From: Arenicellales bacterium
GTDB lineage: Bacteria > Pseudomonadota > Gammaproteobacteria > Arenicellales > JAJDZL01
Direction of reading: 5' to 3'
DNA: 64,000 bases
NCBI GenBank assembly: GCA_965214785.1
Contig: OZ243975.1
Location: 1,348,914-1,412,913 of the forward strand
Of this stretch, positions 57,949 through 64,000 are shown piece after piece. A model generated the notes under the pieces. The model worked only from the letters and a program-made list of their open reading frames with translations. It was not told the DNA's origin and ran no database searches. Position numbers and translations under genes: made by a program. Numbering within the stretch: the first letter of the stretch is position 1; the number at the start of each line of letters is the position of its first letter.

Positions 57949-59127
57949 TCAATCCCGCCGCAACTCATCGGACACCGCTACTGGTGTCGGAAACTTAAAC
58001 ACAACAATATAGGAATTTACGACGAAAGTAAGAACCGTAGCGATCAAAAGAAAATTAGCGGCATCGTTATCGATTGCGCCAGATGCAAGCGCCAGAAACA
58101 CGATCAGAATCGAAAATTCACTGAGCTGTCCTAACCGAAAGCCCGCTTCCCAGCAGGTGTTGCTTTTCTCTTTAACCAATCCAAGAAGCAATCGATAGGT
58201 AACCGGTTTCAAAGCAAGTACCAAAGCAGCGAGTGCGAGCGCTGGAACAATCACTGCGGCAAATGCATCCGGTTCAAAATATGCACCGATTGCCACGAAA
58301 AATAGCACCATAAAAAAATCACGGATAGCGTGAAGTCGTTCTGCAATATATCGGGCGATAGGAGAAGCGGCCAGTGCAACGCCAGCGACAAACGCACCGA
58401 TTTCCTTCGACAGACCCAGAATGTCCGCGAGTTGTCCCATGCTCAGGCACCAGGCGATTGTAACTAAAAATATGTATTCCCGAATCTGTTCGAATCGACT
58501 CAGAAGTTTACGTACAACATACAGTTCAAGCAAAAACGTAACCGCCACAAAAACCGGAAGCGTAATCATTGGCACAAAAACCGCACTGACCAAACCTGTC
58601 GCCTTGCCGATGCCTTCAATGATGATGAGTGCAATAATCGCTAACAGATCCTGCAGCAACAAAATACCGATAACAAGCTCACCGATATGGCGATGGTGAA
58701 GTGCGGTTGTCGGCAGAAGCTTGATGCCAATGATTGTGCTGGAAAATCCGGTTGCTATTCCGGTAATGACAGCTTCAGCGAGTTGAAATCCGAAAACGAT
58801 GGCAACACCAAACCCGCAGCAAAAGAAAATTACCGAAGAAATTAACGTAACCAGAGAAACTGACTGAAATATTTTCAACAGTTTCTGCGGGTACAGGTCA
58901 ATTCCCAATAAAAACAGCAGGAATATGATGCCGATATGCGCCAGATCTTCGATTAGCGTAAGTTCCGGAATCAGTTTGAATCCGCCCGGTCCGATCAGCG
59001 CACCAAGCACGATATATACCACGGGCAAGACTTGGCGGGTATACAGTGCGATGGTGCCAAGTACGGCAGCACCAAAATAAATAAGAAACACCGAGTGCTC
59101 AATAATCTCCCGCTGAAACTCCATCAC
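57949..59127 (-). CDS. cation:proton antiporter (CPA2/Kef-type membrane domain)
   Basis: 392 aa with about 12 TM helices and sequence typical of the Na+/H+ exchanger family (GALIGPGG..., LLFLLGIDL). Confidence 0.85.
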   Translation of the reverse strand: MMEFQREIIEHSVFLIYFGAAVLGTIALYTRQVLPVVYIVLGALIGPGGFKLIPELTLIEDLAHIGIIFLLFLLGIDLYPQKLLKIFQSVSLVTLISSVIFFCCGFGVAIVFGFQLAEAVITGIATGFSSTIIGIKLLPTTALHHRHIGELVIGILLLQDLLAIIALIIIEGIGKATGLVSAVFVPMITLPVFVAVTFLLELYVVRKLLSRFEQIREYIFLVTIAWCLSMGQLADILGLSKEIGAFVAGVALAASPIARYIAERLHAIRDFFMVLFFVAIGAYFEPDAFAAVIVPALALAALVLALKPVTYRLLLGLVKEKSNTCWEAGFRLGQLSEFSILIVFLALASGAIDNDAANFLLIATVLTFVVNSYIVVFKFPTPVAVSDELRRD

Positions 59128-59307
59128 AATGTCCGATTGAAAAAGTTCAAAACCTAATCGTTGTTGACTGACTTAATAATTCTGGTAAAAGATATTGAGA
59201 ACACAATTTTCGTTGGTTGTACGCGTAAATGTCGAATTGATGACTGGATACAACGCTTTGCGTTGTCATCAGATCGTATGGCGCAAAGCGATTCGTTTTT
59301 TCGAAGT

Positions 59308-59874
59308 CTATCTTTTCCACTTGATACTGCATCCGATACTCGGTTTTTGTTCCATGGACACCGGTCTTTCACTGAGCAGTGCCTCAACCGCAGCTCGCAG
59401 GTCTGAACCGGTAGATGGAAGTTCGTTGCCCGGTCGACTATCGTCGAATTGCCCTCGATAAACCAAGTGATGAGCCGAATCGTACAGGTAAAAATCCGGT
59501 GTGCAAACCGCTCCATATGAGATGGCAGTTTGTTGACTTTCATCGTACAGATAGGGAAACGAGTAGTTGAAACTGACTGCGTCTTTGGCCATGTTTTGCG
59601 GTCCATCGGCAGGATAAGACGAAGCATCGTTGGAACTGATTGCAACTACAGCAATACCGTGCGGCATATATTCGACAGCAAACTGGGAAAAAGCCGACTT
59701 GATTTTGACTACATATGGACAATGATTGCAGATAAAGGCAATTACCACGCCTTTCGCGTCGCTAAAGTCGGACAGGGAAACCTTGTCAGAAGGGATATTG
59801 GGATTGGCATTTGGAAGTGTAAAGTCCGAAGCGACGGTTCCTAGCTCAACCATTTTGGATAGCGTTTCTACCAT
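59308..59874 (-). CDS. thioredoxin-fold protein (AhpC/TSA-like)
   Basis: 188 aa. FTLPNANP...VSLSDF...GVVIAFICNHCPYV motif. Confidence 0.75.
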   Translation of the reverse strand: MVETLSKMVELGTVASDFTLPNANPNIPSDKVSLSDFSDAKGVVIAFICNHCPYVVKIKSAFSQFAVEYMPHGIAVVAISSNDASSYPADGPQNMAKDAVSFNYSFPYLYDESQQTAISYGAVCTPDFYLYDSAHHLVYRGQFDDSRPGNELPSTGSDLRAAVEALLSERPVSMEQKPSIGCSIKWKR

Positions 59875-60233
59875 GATAATTTCCTACGAAATGATTCAGT
59901 ACCGACAGTCAGTTTGTAAACTTAGAACAAAGACACTGTGATTTCATTCTAACTTGAGCGTTGGCCAATGATGATTCACCCTCAGAACTGTTACCGGAAT
60001 TGGCTGACTAATTTCTGATCATACACCGGCGTTCGATAAGAATAGACGAGCGTCAATTTTTTACAAATATCAGGTCAGACCATCCACTGGCAAGGGAAAA
60101 GCGCGGAAAAGCGCGCATACTATTGAATCGTTGCACAATCTTTTCAAAGTGCTATTTTACAGGATTGCTTGATCGCAACCTCGTATGAAAAACGAACAAG
60201 CAGCAATATTGCACAACTTGTGACAATTCAAAA

Positions 60234-60980
60234 TCAACGACGGCTGCAAGCAGGACAGTTGTTGTCTTTGGGAATTTGTATCGTTTGCCATTCCAGTCGA
60301 GCAGCATCAAACAGCACCAGTTTTCCGTAATTTGACACGCCACAACCAGTGATGATTTTAATCACTTCAGTCGCCTGCAACGAACCGATAACTCCACAAA
60401 GTGACCCGAGTACCCCGGTTTCACTGCATCTTTCTTCCGGTTCATCCTCGGGTGAATATAAACAGCGAAAACACGGACTGTCATCGATATCCAGACGGTA
60501 TATAGCCATTTGCCCTTCCATACGGATAGCTGCACCTGATACCAGCGGTGTGCGGGTGGCAATACAGGCATCATTAACAGCATAGCGGATTGCAAAATTG
60601 TCTGAAGCGTCTACTACAACATCGTTGGCAGCGACAACATTTTGGAGTTGTTCATAATCGATTTTTTTATCGATGCCGGTGATCCGGATTTGCGGATTCA
60701 GTGCACTGAGAGTTTCACGAGCTGAGAGAACTTTGGACTTTCCTACTGCATCATTGACATGAACAATTTGACGCTGCAGGTTAGACAGGTCTACGCAATC
60801 AAAGTCATTTACAGTCAGGTGTCCGACACCACTGGCTGCCAAGTACATGGAAACAGGCGAGCCCAATCCACCTAGACCAACAATCAGCACTGAGGATTCA
60901 GAAATTTTTTGCTGACCCTCAATGCCAATTTCACTCATCATGATTTGGCGGTTATAGCGAAGTAAAATTGAATCATCCAT
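60234..60980 (-). CDS. moeB: molybdopterin-synthase adenylyltransferase MoeB (ThiF/HesA family)
   Basis: 248 aa. RYNRQI, VLIVGLGGLGSP, and the CxxC pairs CFRC and CPAC. It is divergent from moaC-moeA. Confidence 0.8.
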   Translation of the reverse strand: MDDSILLRYNRQIMMSEIGIEGQQKISESSVLIVGLGGLGSPVSMYLAASGVGHLTVNDFDCVDLSNLQRQIVHVNDAVGKSKVLSARETLSALNPQIRITGIDKKIDYEQLQNVVAANDVVVDASDNFAIRYAVNDACIATRTPLVSGAAIRMEGQMAIYRLDIDDSPCFRCLYSPEDEPEERCSETGVLGSLCGVIGSLQATEVIKIITGCGVSNYGKLVLFDAARLEWQTIQIPKDNNCPACSRR

Positions 60981-61045
60981 GGTAAATTAAGTTTATCATT
61001 TTGAGGAGTTTTGTGAGTCAACACCTCCGTATATTCATTGTATCT

Positions 61046-61543
61046 GTGAACAAGTTAACCCATTTCAGCGAAAAAGGCGATGCCCATATGGTCGATGTGG
61101 GCAAAAAACAACAAACCGCGCGACGTGCAGTCGCTGCCGGGCGTATTCAAATGTCTAGATCGACATTGGAACAAATTACTTCTCGGACAAATAAAAAGGG
61201 CGATGTTCTCGCGGTCGCTCAACTAGCGGGGATTATGGCCTCCAAACGCACAGCAGACCTTATCCCCTTATGCCACCCACTTGGTCTTACACACGTAGCG
61301 GTAAATCTATATTGTGATTTTAACGATTCAAGCGTGCGCTGTGAGGCAACTACAGAGACTCGCGAACGTACCGGAGTAGAAATTGAAGCGCTTAACGCAG
61401 TACAGGTTGCTCTGCTTACAGTTTATGACATGTGCAAGGCTGTAGACAGAGCTATGACAATCACTGACATACAGTTGATCGAAAAATCCGGTGGGCGGTC
61501 TGGCACTTGGAAACGTGAAACTACACAGCCCGAACAAAAATAA
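61046..61543 (+). CDS. moaC: cyclic pyranopterin monophosphate synthase MoaC
   Basis: 165 aa from GTG ([19 protein letters not shown]...). [16 protein letters not shown] and YDMCKA motifs, collinear with E. coli MoaC. Confidence 0.9.
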   Translation: MNKLTHFSEKGDAHMVDVGKKQQTARRAVAAGRIQMSRSTLEQITSRTNKKGDVLAVAQLAGIMASKRTADLIPLCHPLGLTHVAVNLYCDFNDSSVRCEATTETRERTGVEIEALNAVQVALLTVYDMCKAVDRAMTITDIQLIEKSGGRSGTWKRETTQPEQK

Positions 61544-61549
61544 ATTCAC

Positions 61550-62785
61550 ATGGACGCGTGCGATATTCCTTCTACGCCATACGAAGACGCCCTGAATTCG
61601 ATTTTAGGAGCAATCAAACCCATCACTGAAACCGAACGCGTACCGATACGCGAGGCGATTAACCGGATTGCCGCGCAAGACGTATTGGCATCCGAAAACG
61701 TTCCAACCAGCCGAAATTCAGCAATGGACGGTTATGCATGCCGCTATAAGGATCTCGACACACAAAACAATCTATCAACTTTGAAAATGGTTGGCACCTC
61801 CGCAGCTGGCAGTCCGTATACGGGCGCGATCGGCAAAGGTGAGTGCATTCGAATTTTTACCGGTGGTGTCGTACCAGATGACCTCGACATGGTCATTATG
61901 CAAGAAGACTGCAATGCGCAAGACGATCAGATTTCGACTTCAAATTCGCACCGATTAGGTCAGCATGTTCGTAATGCAGGTGAAGACATCGCTGCTGGCG
62001 AAGTTGCGGTTGCAAGTGGGCAAAAAATCGGTACCGCGGAACTTGGTTTGCTCGCATCGGTTGGCTGCGGGACGATTTCTGTGCGCCGCATGCCAAAGGT
62101 AGCGTTTTTTTCAACAGGGGATGAATTGAAAGGAATCGGTGAACGGCTTAACCCGGGAGATGTATATGACAGTAACCGTTACACACTGTATGGAATGCTT
62201 AAGAGCGCTGGTTGTGTGCCGCTTGACTTTGGCGTGGTTCGAGACAACCTGTCAGAAACCATCAATGCCATAAAAGAAGGTTCAAGGTGCGCCGATGTCA
62301 TTGTCACCTCGGCAGGCGCATCAGTTGGTGACGCTGATTTCGTAAAGCAGGCTTTGCAGTCACTTGGAGAATTAACATTGTGGAAAGTTGCGATGAAACC
62401 TGGCCGACCGCTTGCATTTGGCAGTGTAGATAATACGTGGTTCTTCGGATTGCCGGGCAATCCGGTATCGGTCATGGTTACGTTTGACAAGTTTGTCCGC
62501 CCTGCTCTGCGCAAACTAAGGGGTGAGAAGGGTGCTTTACCGATGAGAATAGTCGCTCGCACAGCCAACCCAATCTACAAGCAGCCTGGCAGACTTGAAT
62601 TTCAAAGAGGAGTGTTAATGTTCAACTCCAGTGGCGAAGCCATCGTAGAATCGACAGGCAACCAGAGTTCTGGAGTCCTCACTTCAATGAGCCGCGCGAA
62701 TTGCTATATCGTGCTGCCTCTTGAAACCGGGAATCTAGAGGCAGGAATGACTGTGCAGGTTGAGCCTTTTTCCACAAGTTTTTAA
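61550..62785 (+). CDS. moeA: molybdopterin molybdotransferase MoeA
   Basis: 411 aa. SAMDGYA, TGDEL, SAGASVGDADF, KPGRPLAFG and LPGNPVS motifs. Confidence 0.9.
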   Translation: MDACDIPSTPYEDALNSILGAIKPITETERVPIREAINRIAAQDVLASENVPTSRNSAMDGYACRYKDLDTQNNLSTLKMVGTSAAGSPYTGAIGKGECIRIFTGGVVPDDLDMVIMQEDCNAQDDQISTSNSHRLGQHVRNAGEDIAAGEVAVASGQKIGTAELGLLASVGCGTISVRRMPKVAFFSTGDELKGIGERLNPGDVYDSNRYTLYGMLKSAGCVPLDFGVVRDNLSETINAIKEGSRCADVIVTSAGASVGDADFVKQALQSLGELTLWKVAMKPGRPLAFGSVDNTWFFGLPGNPVSVMVTFDKFVRPALRKLRGEKGALPMRIVARTANPIYKQPGRLEFQRGVLMFNSSGEAIVESTGNQSSGVLTSMSRANCYIVLPLETGNLEAGMTVQVEPFSTSF

Positions 62786-62797
62786 AGGACCATCATT

Positions 62798-63367
62798 TTG
62801 GAATCTGACGCTGCCAGATGGGATCGAAAATACCTCAATAAACAGCACATCTTGGATCTGCAGCCTGACCCCTTGCTTGTTCGTCATGCAGGCCTATTCA
62901 ACCGCAATGACGTGGTTATTGATCTGGCTTGCGGAGGTGGTCGACATGCGATTTATCTTGCAGCTTTGGGTTGTTTTTCGGTTGCGATCGACTGCAGTCG
63001 TCTTGCAATTGACAGATGCAAGCAATCAGCTTCAAAATCCGGGCTGGAAATCCACCCAATCGTTGCGGACCTCGACTACTATCGTTTCGCTGCGCAATGC
63101 GCAGACCGGATCGTTTGTTTTAACTACCTGAACAGGGAATTATGCGACAACCTATGCGATGCTTTGAAACCTGGAGGTATTGTGATTTTCAAAACATTCA
63201 ATGAAAATTTCACAAGAACAAATCCAAGTTTCAATATTGCCTACACACTTGCACCGGGTGAGTTATCTAGATTATTTACCGGTTTTAACACAATCGAAAT
63301 CAACGACAGTTGTAAACCTGATACAAATGTCAGGAGTTTTATCGTCGCGCGCAAGCATGCACAGTAA
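62798..63367 (+). CDS. class I SAM-dependent methyltransferase (TehB-like)
   Basis: 189 aa with a TTG start. WDRKY N-terminus and the VIDLACGGGRHAIYLA motif I. Confidence 0.7.
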   Translation: MESDAARWDRKYLNKQHILDLQPDPLLVRHAGLFNRNDVVIDLACGGGRHAIYLAALGCFSVAIDCSRLAIDRCKQSASKSGLEIHPIVADLDYYRFAAQCADRIVCFNYLNRELCDNLCDALKPGGIVIFKTFNENFTRTNPSFNIAYTLAPGELSRLFTGFNTIEINDSCKPDTNVRSFIVARKHAQ

Positions 63368-63379
63368 TGAATTGGCAGG

Positions 63380-63685
63380 TCAGCTACCCGTTCGTTCCGC
63401 CTGACGTTCTTGGTAGGCGGTTTTTTGTTCTTCGGTGGCTTCAGACTGGTGGATTTGCTTCCACTGTGAGTATGGAATACCGTAAATAATTTCTCGAGCG
63501 TCTTCGTAACTCAACTCACAGCCCTTCTCTTGTGCTGCGGCACGGTACCATTTCGACAAACAGTTACGACAAAAATCTGCGAGAATCATCAGATCAATGT
63601 TCTGCACTTCTGTGTGAGTGCGAAAGTGTTCTACAAGCCGGCGAAATGTCGCTGCTTCTACTTCGGTTTTAGTCTTTTCGTCCAT
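63380..63685 (-). CDS. DUF1244 family protein
   Basis: 101 aa. The FRRLVEHFRTHTEVQNIDLMILADFCRNCLSKWY pattern is typical of DUF1244. Confidence 0.75.
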   Translation of the reverse strand: MDEKTKTEVEAATFRRLVEHFRTHTEVQNIDLMILADFCRNCLSKWYRAAAQEKGCELSYEDAREIIYGIPYSQWKQIHQSEATEEQKTAYQERQAERTGS

Positions 63686-63761
63686 TGTTTGATTACCTGG
63701 AATTTTCTACAGTTGCTTTCGACTCGCTGAGGCTTCTACCGGCCTACAAGTGAAACAAAAA

Positions 63762-64000
63762 CTAAGATCCGTTAAGCTTCCGCTTTAGCTCAGTAAATGA
63801 CTCTGGTGATAGATTCAAACACTCTACGATCGTATTTTCGTCCATCCCTTTTTTTGACATTGCTTCAGCAATTTTTGCCAGGTGTTGTTTCCGGTACTTT
63901 TCCACCTTCTCTTCCACCGCCTGCTTCACCTTCTCTTCCACCGCCTGCTTCACCCTCTCTTCCACTCTCTCTTCCACCTTCTCTTCCATCTCTCGATTCA
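63762..64000 (-). CDS. partial ORF (probably continues beyond the window), Glu/Lys/Val-rich repeat followed by a possible HTH-like tail
   Basis: The frame stays open to the window edge. The C-terminus ...IAEAMSKKGMDENTIVECLNLSPESFTELKRKL weakly recalls the C-termini of Rpn/transposase_31-family proteins; that assignment is speculative. Confidence 0.35.
   Translation of the reverse strand, partial: NREMEEKVEERVEERVKQAVEEKVKQAVEEKVEKYRKQHLAKIAEAMSKKGMDENTIVECLNLSPESFTELKRKLNGS
63903..63990. repeat. tandem 24-nt repeat (two perfect units plus two degenerate units) inside the partial ORF
   Basis: CACCTTCTCTTCCACCGCCTGCTT occurs at 63903-63926 and 63927-63950, then degenerate copies run to 63990. 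It encodes (VKQAVEEK)n-like repeats on the minus strand. Confidence 0.9.

Overview
A 64 kb chromosomal segment from a Gram-negative bacterium. Gene content looks gammaproteobacterial and probably marine, but that is inference, not a database result. Most of it is densely packed housekeeping and catabolic genes. These include hemC-hemD, argH-lptM-lysA, galU, htpG, metA, grxC-dut-coaBC, rpmB-rpmG, desA-like, infA, hemJ, trmL and moeB/moaC/moeA. There is a methylated-amine module: a non-pyrrolysine MttB-family methyltransferase, a DMGDH-like flavoprotein, an AhpD-like protein, and further on an OYE-type demethylase-like flavoprotein with a DAO-type oxidoreductase. A long purine-catabolism cluster on the minus strand runs puuD-uraH-xdhA-xdhB-xdhC, then a BMP-type ABC transporter, then guaD. 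It is interrupted by an opposite-strand MscS-like / MgtE_N-CBS / MgtE operon. Accessory content is limited. There is one IS630-family element with a TA duplication and an A8 frameshift site, next to a truncated RecG-like gene remnant. A small islet at about 11.4-14.5 kb holds a decayed pRiA4b-ORF3-like pseudogene, a secreted protein gene with a G10 tract in its signal peptide, an orphan minimal A24 prepilin peptidase, and GC-rich palindromes. The most unusual feature is in the tRNA operon Pro(UGG)-Arg(UCU)-His(GUG). The tRNA-Arg(UCU) gene is split in its anticodon loop by a 234-nt ORF-less insertion that has the conserved core segments of a group I (IC3, Azoarcus-like) self-splicing intron. 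The ORF track shows only spurious antisense ORFs there. No CRISPR array, rRNA, prophage or recognisable defence system was seen. All calls rest on reading the sequence and recalling protein families from memory; no database search or folding program was run.
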